Shown: positions 36,856 through 47,058 of the stretch, in pieces
How positions within the stretch are numbered: the first letter of the stretch is position 1
How the letters are laid out: every line of letters starts with the position of its first letter
NCBI GenBank assembly: GCA_963787835.1
Contig: CAWBEI010000002.1
Coordinates: forward strand, 160,001 to 224,000
Source: Ignavibacteriota bacterium
Lineage (GTDB): Bacteria > Bacteroidota > Ignavibacteria > Palsa-1295
Direction: 5' to 3'
Length of the DNA: 64,000 nucleotides
The notes under the pieces: model-generated
Told to the model about the DNA's origin: nothing
Databases searched by the model: none
What the model saw: only the letters and a program-made list of their open reading frames with translations
Made by a program: the position numbers and the translations under genes

Positions 36856-38175
36856 ATGATTTCATCGGCGAAATCGTCGTTATCAAAGAAACTCCGGAAC
36901 GTGAAAAAAGTCACTACCATTATCTTCATAGCTTTGGTGCTCGCCTCAATGGCGACGGCGGGCGCTACACGGCGACATCCGCGAAAAAAAAGCGCGGGAC
37001 GAAAACCGGCATCCTCCGCCCTGCAACAGAAGCGCATGACCGATCATGCGAGGGCCTCCACGGAAAAAGCCCTTGCTAAATTGCAACAGGAGATAGCAAA
37101 ATATGAATCCGAGCTAAAGGAGCACGAAAAAAAGGAAAAACACTCGAAAGAAACCATCCACGCGTTCGAGAAACGCGAAGCAAGCCTGAAAGCTGCTATT
37201 GCCCGCCTCGAAAAAGAGGCTTCCGTGCTGGAGGGGCAGAAAACAGAGATCGATGCCTCCATTACGCAAACTACCAATCTGCTGGAGTCACGAAAAGAAG
37301 CCTACGCCAACAGCAGCCGGCAGCTTTATATTCAGGGAGCACTTACTCCCATTGACCCCATCTTTGCATCTGCGTCGGATGCCGACCCGATCCGTATGTC
37401 CTATTATGCTCAAGTAATATCGCAGGCCCATGCGATGGATAAATCCCGGCTGGATTCGCTGAAATTGTCGCTCGGTGCCTCCAGCGAAACCCTTGCCACG
37501 ACCATTGCATCCGAGGAGCAGCAGATCGGAGCACAGCAAACCCAGGCCACCACGCTCGAACAAAAGAAGGCAGCGGAAGCAACAGCCCTCGCTCAAATAC
37601 AGGCGAAAAAAGCGCGGCTCCGAAAACTTTTGGATGAACGCCGCGCCAGCGAAAAACGCCTCGAAAATATTATCGCCGATCTTGTGACCAAAGAAAAAAC
37701 AACGCGCCGGACAGCTAAAGGACGACACCGCTCCACGACCCATGAGGAGGAATCCGAAAGCGATCTGGGGCTTGGGCCGGCGCACGGCCCGCACTCCCTT
37801 GATTGGCCAAGCGCATCGCACCGGATCGCGCAGGGATATGGCGCTCATCGCAATCCCGATCTGGGAACTGTCACGATGAATCTGGGGATCGATATTGCCG
37901 CCCCGGCAGGGTCAAGCGTGAAGGCTGCCGCTGAAGGCGAAGTGGCGCTTGTTTCGTCGCTGCCGAGTTATGGAACGGTGATCGTGATCCGGCATTCCGG
38001 TGGGATACATACGGTCTATGCCGATCTCTCCGGAGCATCCGTACAATCCGGAACACATATTCGCGCCGGGCAAACGATCGGCAAAAGTGGATCGAGCGAA
38101 ATGAGCGGAGCGGTCATTCACTTCGAAGTGTGGAAGGGGAAATCCAAACAAAACCCTCTTGGATGGCTGAAGTAA
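36856..38175 (+). CDS. Murein hydrolase activator EnvC-like (coiled coil plus degenerate M23/LytM)
   Basis: Long coiled coil; NLGIDIAA and VIHFEV lack the Zn-binding His residues of active M23 peptidases. Confidence 0.85.
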   Translation: MISSAKSSLSKKLRNVKKVTTIIFIALVLASMATAGATRRHPRKKSAGRKPASSALQQKRMTDHARASTEKALAKLQQEIAKYESELKEHEKKEKHSKETIHAFEKREASLKAAIARLEKEASVLEGQKTEIDASITQTTNLLESRKEAYANSSRQLYIQGALTPIDPIFASASDADPIRMSYYAQVISQAHAMDKSRLDSLKLSLGASSETLATTIASEEQQIGAQQTQATTLEQKKAAEATALAQIQAKKARLRKLLDERRASEKRLENIIADLVTKEKTTRRTAKGRHRSTTHEEESESDLGLGPAHGPHSLDWPSASHRIAQGYGAHRNPDLGTVTMNLGIDIAAPAGSSVKAAAEGEVALVSSLPSYGTVIVIRHSGGIHTVYADLSGASVQSGTHIRAGQTIGKSGSSEMSGAVIHFEVWKGKSKQNPLGWLK

Positions 38176-38193
38176 TTTTCTGAACCGTGATTT

Positions 38194-39174
38194 ATGGGAT
38201 TTTTGAAATTGTCATTCCCGCGAAAGCGGGAATCCAGTGGTGCAATTAGCACTGACTGGCGGTTTTGCAGACGAGCCTGGATTCCCGCTTTCGCGGGAAT
38301 GACAATAGGATGTTTATACTCATCATTTTCGATCCAATTACAAGCCCAACCTATCGCCATCGAACTGAACAATCCGAAAGCGGCACAACTGCAAACCGAT
38401 AGCGTAAATTGGAATGAAGGATGGATAGAAATTTCGGGTATCTCGCCTGGAGAAAAGCCAGATATAGACGACCTTCACGTTACCAGCGGCAACCGACCCG
38501 CCGATGTGCTAACTATTGACTCGATCGGCTCAAGTTTTCGAAGCCGACTTGCCCTCAGTTTTGTGCTCGATAATTCCGGCTCCATGTTCCATGCCTTCGA
38601 TTCGCTTACCAAAGATTGTGATAGCATCGTGAAACTGCTTCCAACCGGTGCGATAGGGCAAGCTTTAACTTTTGATACACGGTATCGTGATCCGTCGCAT
38701 CGGTACACCAACCGTTCCTCCACGTTTATTGCCGAGAACGATTTTACCGACAGCTTACCAAAGCTTAGCTATTTCTGGCATTTCTTCGATACAATTCGAA
38801 CTCAACACACCCCGCTTTATGATGCGATCGCCGCAGGAGTGACAAATATCACCGAGCGCAGGGAGCGAGGCGACACCGCTCATAACGATGTGCTCATCAT
38901 TGTGACCGACGGCGAAGACAACGCAAGCAGAACTTCCATTGAATCGCTGGAAAAGCTTGTAGCAAGCGCCCATCTTCGGCTGTTTGCAATAAATTTCAGG
39001 ACCGACGAGGATAACCGCCTTGAATGGCTTGCACGCAAAACGGGCGGAGAATTTTTTACTGCCAATAATATTACTGAATTGCGAACATTGCTCCGGTCTA
39101 TCGGACTTTCAATAACGCAGCAATACCACATTCGATACCGATTTCCCACGCTTGGGCCAAGCAGTGGGCATTGA
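38194..39174 (+). CDS. VWA domain-containing protein
   Basis: MIDAS DNSGSM, TPLYDAI, VTDGEDNAS, LARKTGG; the N-terminus contains a translated palindromic repeat. Confidence 0.85.
   Translation: MGFLKLSFPRKRESSGAISTDWRFCRRAWIPAFAGMTIGCLYSSFSIQLQAQPIAIELNNPKAAQLQTDSVNWNEGWIEISGISPGEKPDIDDLHVTSGNRPADVLTIDSIGSSFRSRLALSFVLDNSGSMFHAFDSLTKDCDSIVKLLPTGAIGQALTFDTRYRDPSHRYTNRSSTFIAENDFTDSLPKLSYFWHFFDTIRTQHTPLYDAIAAGVTNITERRERGDTAHNDVLIIVTDGEDNASRTSIESLEKLVASAHLRLFAINFRTDEDNRLEWLARKTGGEFFTANNITELRTLLRSIGLSITQQYHIRYRFPTLGPSSGH
38211..38303. repeat. Palindromic repeat family C (GTCATTCCCGCGAAAGCGGGAATCCAG...CTGGATTCCCGCTTTCGCGGGAATGAC)
   Basis: Perfect 27-bp terminal inverted repeats, each containing ATTCCC-N8-GGGAAT. 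Confidence 0.9.
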
Positions 39175-39249
39175 TAAGTTACGAATAAATCGAATGAAAT
39201 TCATTCCACGCTGGTTTTCTATTTTCTACTTCAACCAACCAATATTTCA

Positions 39250-40818
39250 TTGACCACCACGCACACACCACCAACGGAGCATCCGAACGAGATCAAGGAA
39301 GCCCTTCATCGCATCGAAGAATCGGAACGCCCGGAAGCACTGACCGACCAGGAGCGCGAGCGACGAAGCTCGCTTACAGCATTGCGCCGGCTTGGCGTCG
39401 AGCCGTATGCCTATGCGTTCGACCGCACGAGATATTCGGATGAAGCAATGTCCCTGTTCGACGAAGCAAATCCGGATGCGCATCCCTCCGCGAGTATCGC
39501 CGGACGTATCATGGGGATTCGGCACATGGGAAAAGCATCGTTTGCACATTTGCAGGATGAAGCAGGAAAAATTCAGATCTATTTCAAATCGAATGAACTA
39601 GCAGAACGGTACGATCTGCTAAAATTGCTCGATATTGGTGACATCATTGGCGCGCATGGATTTATTTTCCGCACTCGAACAGGCGAGGTTACTCTGCACG
39701 TCACATCCTTCGAAGTGCTGGCAAAAGCCATCCGCCCGCTGCCGGTCGTGAAAGAAGAGACCGATCCCGTCACCGGAGAAAAAATAGTTCACGATGCGTT
39801 CTCGGATAAAGAACTGCGCTATAGAAGGCGATATGTCGATCTCACGGTCAATGCAGAAATACGAAAAACATTTCGAACGCGCGCGAAAATAATCACCTCT
39901 ATTCGCAGCTTTTTCGATGAGCGCGGGTATCTCGAAGTTGAGACGCCAGTGTTGCAACCCATTTATGGCGGTGCGTATGCGCGACCATTCGTTACGCATC
40001 ACAACGCACTCGATTTCGATCTTTTCCTCCGCATTGCAGATGAGCTGTATCTGAAACGCCTTATCGTTGGCGGCCTTGCTGAAGGCGTGTACGAGATCGC
40101 AAAAGATTTCCGCAACGAGGGCATGGATAAAAACCACAGCCCGGAATTCACGATGGCGGAAATATACATTGCCTATAGAGACTATGAGTGGATGATGTCG
40201 TTCGTGGAAGAACTATTTGCAGAAGTTGCACGAGCTGTTGGTGATTCTAAAGCTAATTTTACTCCTCCATTTCGTAGGCTCTCGATGTATGATTCCATCA
40301 AGGAATATGCAGGAATTGATGTAAGCGAAATGAATGAAGACGAGCTTCGCATTACTGCAAGCAAATTCGGCGTCGAACTGGAACCTGGTTCCGGCGCAGG
40401 AAAGATCATCGACGAGATCTTTTCCGAAAAGGTGGAGCATCATCTCATTCAGCCGACGTTCATTACGGATTATCCGCTTTCGATGTCGCCATTAGCAAAA
40501 ATGCACAAGACGAAACCGGGACTTGTCGAGCGGTTCGAATTGTATGTGAACGGTCAGGAACTTGCCAATGCGTTCAGCGAGCTAAATGACCCGCTCGATC
40601 AGCGCGCGCGATTCGAAGAGCAAGCGCGACTGCGAACGAAAGGCGATGAGGAAGCGATGGTCCTCGATGAGGATTTCCTCCGCGCAATGGAATACGGAAT
40701 GCCGCCGATGGCCGGCCTCGGCTTCGGCATTGACCGTCTGGTGATGATAATGACGGGCGAGGAATCCATTCGAGATGTCGTGCTATTCCCTGCGATGCGT
40801 CCGGAGCGGATGCGGTAA
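39250..40818 (+). CDS. lysS: Lysine--tRNA ligase (class II)
   Basis: [52 protein letters not shown]. Confidence 0.98.
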   Translation: MTTTHTPPTEHPNEIKEALHRIEESERPEALTDQERERRSSLTALRRLGVEPYAYAFDRTRYSDEAMSLFDEANPDAHPSASIAGRIMGIRHMGKASFAHLQDEAGKIQIYFKSNELAERYDLLKLLDIGDIIGAHGFIFRTRTGEVTLHVTSFEVLAKAIRPLPVVKEETDPVTGEKIVHDAFSDKELRYRRRYVDLTVNAEIRKTFRTRAKIITSIRSFFDERGYLEVETPVLQPIYGGAYARPFVTHHNALDFDLFLRIADELYLKRLIVGGLAEGVYEIAKDFRNEGMDKNHSPEFTMAEIYIAYRDYEWMMSFVEELFAEVARAVGDSKANFTPPFRRLSMYDSIKEYAGIDVSEMNEDELRITASKFGVELEPGSGAGKIIDEIFSEKVEHHLIQPTFITDYPLSMSPLAKMHKTKPGLVERFELYVNGQELANAFSELNDPLDQRARFEEQARLRTKGDEEAMVLDEDFLRAMEYGMPPMAGLGFGIDRLVMIMTGEESIRDVVLFPAMRPERMR

Positions 40819-40846
40819 ATTAGAATCTGCAAATCACAGTTAAAAC

Positions 40847-40887
40847 GTCACTGCTTCGTCACCCCTCCGGGGTTTCCTCGCAATGAC
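40847..40887. repeat. Internally deleted copy of repeat family B
   Basis: GTCACTGC-TTCGTCACCCCTCCGGGGTTTCCTC-GCAATGAC retains both termini. Confidence 0.7.
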
Positions 40888-40997
40888 GTTATAGAAATGG
40901 CTCAACTATAGGTTCTAAAAATTATCCGATACTTTCTGGATAATTTTTCGTTTACACTCGGGAGTCCATTTTTTACAATCCTTTTTGGTCAACATCC

Positions 40998-42179
40998 ATG
41001 GCAAATCTTAACGAGCGAGAAAAAAACTCTTTCTTTCCAACTTACGAACGGCTCCCGATCGGTGCGGTGACGCACGCGGAGGGAGTGCATATCACGACCG
41101 ATGCTGGTAAAACATACCTCGATGCCATAGCCGGACTTGGCGTGAATGCGCTCGGGCACTCGCATCCAGCGATCGTTGAAGCGATTCGCGAGCAGGCAGG
41201 GAAGTATCTTCATCTCTCAAATTTGTATTTGCAGGAACCGCAGGTTCAGCTTGCTGAGAAGTTGGAGCGTCTCTCTGGAATGGAGCGCACGTTCTTCACG
41301 AATTCCGGCACAGAAGCTGTCGAAGGCGCGATCAAACTTGCTCGAAAAGTCTTTTCCAGTGAATACAAAGCGGAAGTGCTTGGTATTGCTAACGGATTCC
41401 ACGGGCGCACCTACGGTCCGCTTTCCGTGATGGACAAGGCAAAATACCGCGAGAACTTCGGGCCGTTTCTTTCGGATGCTTCCTGCATTCCGAGCTATGA
41501 TGTGGATGCGTTGGAATCGGCAGTTTCCGCTCGGACGGCGGCTGTTATCATCGAGCCGATTCAGGGTGAAGGCGGAATTATTGAAGTTCCGGTGGATTTT
41601 GCTCGAGCGCTTGCCGAGCTTGCCAAGAAGCATAATTTTCTCATTATTGCAGATGAAATTCAATCTGGAATTGGCAGGACTGGAAAATTCTTCGGCTACG
41701 AACATCTCGGAATGAAACCGGATATTGTGGTTTGCGCGAAAGCCATCGGCGGCGGGCTGCCGCTGGGTGCAATCCTCTCCCGAAAAGAAATTGCCGAAGT
41801 CTTCAAAGCAGGAACTCATGGTACGACTTTTGGCGGAAATGTTCTTTCATGCGTAGCAGGAAACGTCGTGCTCGATCTTGTTGAAAAAAGCTACATGAGC
41901 AATGCCGCAACTGAGGGCACCTACATCAAAACGAATTTCGTAGGGTTACAGGAGAAACATCCCAACTCCATCCGAGAAGTGCGTGGGCACGGACTGATGC
42001 TCGGCATCGAATTCACCTCGAATGCCAAGCAAGTGCAGAAGCAGTTATTCGATAATAATATTATCACGAATGTGACCGCCGGTGAAGTCCTGCGCCTGCT
42101 GCCGCCGCTTATTTTCGAGCGGAAGCATTCCGATGAATTGATCGATGGAATAAAAGAGGCGGTCGAGACGATGGATTAA
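40998..42179 (+). CDS. argD: Acetylornithine/succinylornithine aminotransferase (class III PLP)
   Basis: NSGTEAVEGAIKLARK, FHGRT, EPIQGEGG, DEIQSGIGRTG, AKAIGGG, HGTTFGGN. Confidence 0.9.
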   Translation: MANLNEREKNSFFPTYERLPIGAVTHAEGVHITTDAGKTYLDAIAGLGVNALGHSHPAIVEAIREQAGKYLHLSNLYLQEPQVQLAEKLERLSGMERTFFTNSGTEAVEGAIKLARKVFSSEYKAEVLGIANGFHGRTYGPLSVMDKAKYRENFGPFLSDASCIPSYDVDALESAVSARTAAVIIEPIQGEGGIIEVPVDFARALAELAKKHNFLIIADEIQSGIGRTGKFFGYEHLGMKPDIVVCAKAIGGGLPLGAILSRKEIAEVFKAGTHGTTFGGNVLSCVAGNVVLDLVEKSYMSNAATEGTYIKTNFVGLQEKHPNSIREVRGHGLMLGIEFTSNAKQVQKQLFDNNIITNVTAGEVLRLLPPLIFERKHSDELIDGIKEAVETMD

Positions 42180-42751
42180 GGGGACAGAACCGGGATTACG
42201 CGGATTGAAGGGGATTACGCGGACGATTTTAGGGGATGAGGAATAATTCTTATAAGTCTTTTACGAAGCGTTTCGTTTTCTCTTCGTAACCACAGCTCAA
42301 ATAGAATTGGTGCGTTTCGTGGCGTTGTATGCCGCTGGCAACCGCAATTCGCACGCATCCACTTTGTATTGCAAATGCTTCGACATGATCAATAAGTTTG
42401 CTTCCGATCCCTTGAGCACGCATAGTTTCCAGCACGCACATTGCGGTGATCGTTCCTATTCTTCCTTCCAGATGAAATGCTGGTTCCGAATCGAAACTTA
42501 GGAATCCAACAACTGCACCCTCCCGCTCTGCCGCAAAAACTTTCGCGCTCGCTCTCACCGACAATTCCTCCAACTTGCGAACAACGAATGAAGCATCCTG
42601 TGGATAGCCAAGTTGTGAAAGAAGAATAGCTAGCGCGTCGGCATCCTCATTCCCTGCTTCCCGGATTACAATGTCATGTGACATAAAAAATCAAATCCTA
42701 AAAATCGTCCGCGTAATCCTTCCAAATCCGCGTAATCCCGGTTCTGTCCCC
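42180..42751. mobile_element. Putative non-autonomous cassette: GNAT gene flanked by ~55-bp inverted repeats
   Basis: 42180-42233 and 42697-42751 are inverted copies (outer 27 nt identical), each with two GGATTACGCGGA units. Confidence 0.55.
42250..42684 (-). CDS. GNAT family N-acetyltransferase
   Basis: IREA...D...L.QLGYP, RAQGIGSKL, HQFYLSCGY. Confidence 0.9.
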   Translation of the reverse strand: MSHDIVIREAGNEDADALAILLSQLGYPQDASFVVRKLEELSVRASAKVFAAEREGAVVGFLSFDSEPAFHLEGRIGTITAMCVLETMRAQGIGSKLIDHVEAFAIQSGCVRIAVASGIQRHETHQFYLSCGYEEKTKRFVKDL

Positions 42752-43476
42752 TACTTTAGATTATGATACACCGCCTGCACATCATCATCTTCTTCGAGCT
42801 TTTCGATGAGTTCCAGGACGGGTTCTTCGTCGGTTTCGGATAATTCTTTGAAGACGGTGGGCAGGCGTTGGACTTCCGCGCTTGTCACTGCGATCTTCCG
42901 TTCTTCGAGCGCTTTTGACATTCCTACAAAATCCGGGAAGGATGTCAGGATGGTCACTTCGGATGGTCGTTCATCCGTCCCTTCTTCGACTGTGATTTCC
43001 TCCGCGCCGAAATCGATCAGTTCCAATTCTAAATTATCAAGATCGATTCCTTCCGCCGGAAATTTGAACACGCCTTTACGCTCGAAAAGAAAATCAAGCG
43101 AGCCGGTGGTGGCAAGCTGACCGCCCGAGCGAACGAAGGCGCTGCGCACATTCGCGACGGTGCGCGTGGGGTTATCCGTCGCGCATTCCACGACGATCGG
43201 CACGCCCGATGGGCCGTAGCCTTCATACACCACTTCCTGAAATGCTTCCTGATCTTTGGAGGACGCGCGCTTGATCGCACCTTCGACGCGATCTTTGGGC
43301 ATGTTCACGCCTTTGGCGTTGGTGATGGCCATGCGAAGGCGCGAATTGCTATCGGGATCAGGGCCGCCCAATCGGACGGCAATAGCGATCTCTCGGCCAA
43401 TTTTGGTAAACGCTTTGGACATTTTGTCCCAGCGCTTAAATTTACGTGCTTTACGGAATTCGAATGCGCGACCCAT
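42751..43476 (-). CDS. yebC: YebC/PmpR family protein
   Basis: MGRAFEFRK (Bacteroidota-type N-terminus), YEGYGP, TDNPTRT, LEEDDDVQAVYHN. Confidence 0.95.
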   Translation of the reverse strand: MGRAFEFRKARKFKRWDKMSKAFTKIGREIAIAVRLGGPDPDSNSRLRMAITNAKGVNMPKDRVEGAIKRASSKDQEAFQEVVYEGYGPSGVPIVVECATDNPTRTVANVRSAFVRSGGQLATTGSLDFLFERKGVFKFPAEGIDLDNLELELIDFGAEEITVEEGTDERPSEVTILTSFPDFVGMSKALEERKIAVTSAEVQRLPTVFKELSETDEEPVLELIEKLEEDDDVQAVYHNLK

Positions 43477-43521
43477 ATTTTAATTAAGAATTAACACTGA
43501 AGAATTGGAATTCACTTTGCT

Positions 43522-43669
43522 TGTCATCCTGAGCAGAGTTCATCCCTCCAGGCATCGCCCACGATGCCTGGAGGGATGGACGAAGTCGCAGGATCTCATG
43601 CAAAAGCCAAAGATCCTTCGACTACGCAAAACTCCGCTGTCGCTCCGTTTTGCTCCGCTCAGGATGACA
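43522..43669. repeat. Palindromic REP-like element, family A, copy 3 (opposite orientation)
   Basis: TGTCATCCTGAGC...GATCCTTCGAC...CGCTCAGGATGACA; one side hairpin is replaced by CATCCCTCCAGGCATCG/CGATGCCTGGAGGGATG. Confidence 0.85.
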
Positions 43670-43759
43670 TTAGTTGAAACAGATAGTCGTTAGAAGCCCT
43701 AAACGGTTACGTAACATAATTTCGATTTGCTAATTCCTTGCGCCGCATGGGAAAGTCCG

Positions 43760-43767
43760 TATATTTG
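43760..43767 (+). promoter_or_regulatory. TAnnTTTG -7 element upstream of the Yip1 gene
   Basis: TATATTTG about 45 bp before the ATG. Confidence 0.55.
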
Positions 43768-43811
43768 CATTTGACAATTGTGTTTTTCATCCATTTAATC
43801 AAACAATCACC

Positions 43812-44411
43812 ATGAATTTATCAAATGCGAAGAATGTAGTGCTCAGCCAACAGTCCGAATGGACTCGTGTCATGTCCGACGAGAATGACAAATCCAGCCT
43901 CATGCGCTATGGCATGACACTGATCGTTATCACCTATGCGATCATGTTAGTCCTCTCACTTGTATTCAACAGCGGGATGGGTGTGTTCGTCTCGTTTTCC
44001 ATGACGTATGTCATCACCATGATCGTGATTCAATTCGTACTTGCGATCGCGTCCCTCTATTTTATTCCGATGATCCTTGCGGCCATTGCACCATCGTTTG
44101 GAGGCAAGAACGATGCGCTCAACGCACTCAAGCTCTATGTTTTCGTTGAAACACCCGCGTGGATCGGGATGGCCGTTTCAAGGCTGCCTGTTATCGGCTG
44201 GCTGGTAGCTATTGCTGCCGCTATCTATGCGATCTATCTGTTCTGGCTCCATGTGTCCGAAGCAATGACTGTTCCGGAAGATAAGAAGATCGGTTATGTG
44301 ATCGTCAGCGTGATCGTTCTCGCCGTTATTTATTTCGTGATCGGCGCGATAGGAGCGGGTATCGCAGCCATGGTATCGCCGGTTTCCGTCTTCCACGGGA
44401 TCCACTACTGA
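43812..44411 (+). CDS. Yip1 (DUF1282-like) membrane protein
   Basis: About 5 TM segments; APSFGG...ALKL...TPAW, YAIYLF, PEDKKIGY. Confidence 0.8.
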   Translation: MNLSNAKNVVLSQQSEWTRVMSDENDKSSLMRYGMTLIVITYAIMLVLSLVFNSGMGVFVSFSMTYVITMIVIQFVLAIASLYFIPMILAAIAPSFGGKNDALNALKLYVFVETPAWIGMAVSRLPVIGWLVAIAAAIYAIYLFWLHVSEAMTVPEDKKIGYVIVSVIVLAVIYFVIGAIGAGIAAMVSPVSVFHGIHY

Positions 44412-44429
44412 CAAGAACGAGGGCCAGCG

Positions 44430-45336
44430 TTAGATCACATGCTCCGGGGCAAGCTCACAGCCGGGTGCCCCGCGCTCGACTTGAAGCGTGGTGTGCTCGA
44501 TGCCATAACGGTCATGCAATACGTGTGAGATCTCGAACAGGAGTTGATCATCCACGCTGCTTTCAGGAATAACAAGGTGCGCCGTGAGCACCACATGCGT
44601 GGTGCTCATCGCCCAAATATGCAGATCGTGAACCTCGCACACGCCCGGAACGCTCAGCAAATATTGCTCGATGGCAGCGGGATCGATCTGAGCGGGAACT
44701 GCATCGGCGGCGAGATTGAAGGAATCCCGCAAGACCGACCATGTCCCGAACGCGATCACGATGGAAATGATAATGCTCATCGCCGGATCGACCCATACCG
44801 CACCCGCCGCCATAATAATAATTCCCGCGATCACAACCCCGGCAGAAACAGCGGCATCGCCCGCCATGTGAAGGAACGCGGCCTTTACATTGAGATCGCC
44901 TTTTTCTGCCGCGTGCAAAGAGCCACGCAGACGCTGCATTCAGCACAATGCCAATTCCCGCAACAATAGAAACCACCCCACCCTCCACAGGAACCGGATG
45001 GTTGAGCCGCTCGATCGATGCGAATAAAATGGCGCCGGTGGTAACGAGCAGGATCCCGGCATTCAGCAGTGCAGCAAGGATCGTCGTGCGTCGGTAGCCG
45101 TAGGTGCGTTTCTGCGTCGGTGGACGCGCAGCCAGGATATTAGCGCCAAGCGCAAAAAGCAGGCTTAGAACATCCGTCAGGTTATGCCCCGCATCGGCAA
45201 TAAGCGCGATGGAATGGCTGAGAAATCCATAGATAACCTGAATGACCACGATCACAACATTCAACCCGATCGCGATCTTAAAACTCGCATTCGGGGACTC
45301 GCTGGCGGGTGCGTGATGATGGTGGTCATGCGGCAT
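44430..45336 (-). pseudogene. Cation diffusion facilitator (CzcD/ZitB-like), split by a single-base insertion
   Basis: N-half (HDHHHH, ADAGHNLTD, TYGY.R) and C-half (DLNVKAAFLHMAGD, HDLHIWAMS, HTTLQVE) are in different frames; removing one T from the T5 run at 44901-44905 restores ARGRKGDLNVK. Confidence 0.85.
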
Positions 45337-45393
45337 AGCAATGAAACAGCAAGAAGTGAAGTTTTGTCATTGCAGGCTCCGAGTGCATAATTT

Positions 45394-47043
45394 GTGTGTT
45401 ACAAAATAATGGTATATCGACGGATATTAGTGACGGCTCTGTTAGCAGTTCTCTGCGGTTGTGCAGCTCCTAAAAAAATTACGACAGAAAAGCCCCCGCC
45501 TCAGCTGGCCGCGCCTACTACTCCAAAACCTGTACCCGCACCAGTTCCGTCACCCGCTCCAGTGCCCGTTCCCATGGGACTTCCGCCGGTTCCCGCATCT
45601 GCACACGATGCCCCATTACATATCAGCGTAGCCTATCCGGTTCCCAACCAATGGCGGCCCAATGTGGATTCTAATTTTATCTTTGGGACGGTTGGTAATG
45701 GCAATGCGTCGTTAAGCATCGATGGGTTCTCTGTGCCCGTGGCAAAGAACGGCGCATTTCTTGCCTTTCTTCCCATGCCCGAAAACGGTACCTATCATTT
45801 AGTGGCCCAGCACGGTATGGATCGAGATTCGATCACCGTTGCCTATAGTGCGAGAACGCTGGAGGAAACCCCGAAAAAGAATAGTCCGGATAAAAATTTC
45901 TCTCCAAAATTTGCCTTTATAACCAAAGGCAGCGATACGCTTCAGAACGGGAATGATGTCGCCTGTGGCGCACTTACGCCCGATGGGAACCGCGAGTGGT
46001 TCTTCCCGCTCGGCACACGGCTGCACCTTGTTGAGCATGAGGGAAAATATTACAAAGCAAAACTCGATAGCACCACCTTCGCATGGATCGCCGATAGCAA
46101 TTTTGACACAAAAAAATCGACGAGTCATATTATTTTATTAAACCGCCCTGTTGCCGGTCGTGCCGATATATTCCCCGCAACAGAATATATTAATCTTCTT
46201 ATTCCCAGCAGTTACAACCCATTTCAGATCAATACGACGGCATTTTCGGTTCGGATCCACGTCTATGGCGGCACATTACCTGGCTCATTCATTTCTTCCG
46301 GCAACGACCCTCTGATGAATGGCTGGAGCTACGATACGGTTCCCGGAGGTATCGAATATACCATCTTACTGACAAAGCCGGTCTGGGGATATAAAGTCTA
46401 TTACTCAGAAGATGGCTCGATCAATATTCGTATTCGGCGACCACCGGTGATCGATTCCAGCAATCCACTTATAGGCATACGTATCATGCTCGATCCGGGA
46501 CATCCGCCCGGCGGCGCGACGGGGCCGACGGGCATGATGGAGCGGGAAGCAAATCTTGCTGAGGCGTTAAAATTGAGAGATCAACTGACCGCAAAAGGCG
46601 CGATCGTGCTTATGACCCACGAAACACTAAGCGGTTTAGTAAGCGATGTGAACCAAACGGAAGAATTAGAAGCACGCTCGTTACTTGGGGTGCAGTCCAA
46701 CGTCGATCTGTATCTAAGCGTCCACAACAATGCGTTCCCAGATGGGACCGATCCGTTCCTGAAATATGGAACCTCGACCTATTATTTCCATCCTTTCTCT
46801 GCTCAGTTTGCAATCGATCTGGATAAAGAGATCGTGGCCGTTACACGCATCCCCGATCTTGGCGCGAAATTCAAAAGCCTGGCCGTCTGCCGCCCAACCT
46901 GGATGCCGTGCGCCCTGACCGAATCGCTGTACATGATGTTCCCCGATCAGGAAGCAGCCTTGCGCAACCCGGATTTCCTCGATAAACTTGCCGCCGCACA
47001 TGTTCGCGGCATCGAGGATTTCTTGCGGGAACGGGCTCAGTAA
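45394..47043 (+). CDS. N-acetylmuramoyl-L-alanine amidase (Amidase_3), lipoprotein with a Pro-rich linker
   Basis: Lipobox LCGC, PAPVP linker, MLDPGH, ERE.NL, LSVHNNA, LTESLY; ATG 45409 is a likely start. Confidence 0.88.
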   Translation: MCYKIMVYRRILVTALLAVLCGCAAPKKITTEKPPPQLAAPTTPKPVPAPVPSPAPVPVPMGLPPVPASAHDAPLHISVAYPVPNQWRPNVDSNFIFGTVGNGNASLSIDGFSVPVAKNGAFLAFLPMPENGTYHLVAQHGMDRDSITVAYSARTLEETPKKNSPDKNFSPKFAFITKGSDTLQNGNDVACGALTPDGNREWFFPLGTRLHLVEHEGKYYKAKLDSTTFAWIADSNFDTKKSTSHIILLNRPVAGRADIFPATEYINLLIPSSYNPFQINTTAFSVRIHVYGGTLPGSFISSGNDPLMNGWSYDTVPGGIEYTILLTKPVWGYKVYYSEDGSINIRIRRPPVIDSSNPLIGIRIMLDPGHPPGGATGPTGMMEREANLAEALKLRDQLTAKGAIVLMTHETLSGLVSDVNQTEELEARSLLGVQSNVDLYLSVHNNAFPDGTDPFLKYGTSTYYFHPFSAQFAIDLDKEIVAVTRIPDLGAKFKSLAVCRPTWMPCALTESLYMMFPDQEAALRNPDFLDKLAAAHVRGIEDFLRERAQ

Positions 47044-47058
47044 AATAATTAGATAACT

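Noticed and set aside
36856-38175. Active M23 endopeptidase
   Set aside because: The HxxxD and HxH zinc ligands are degenerate (NLGID, VIH), as in EnvC-type activators.
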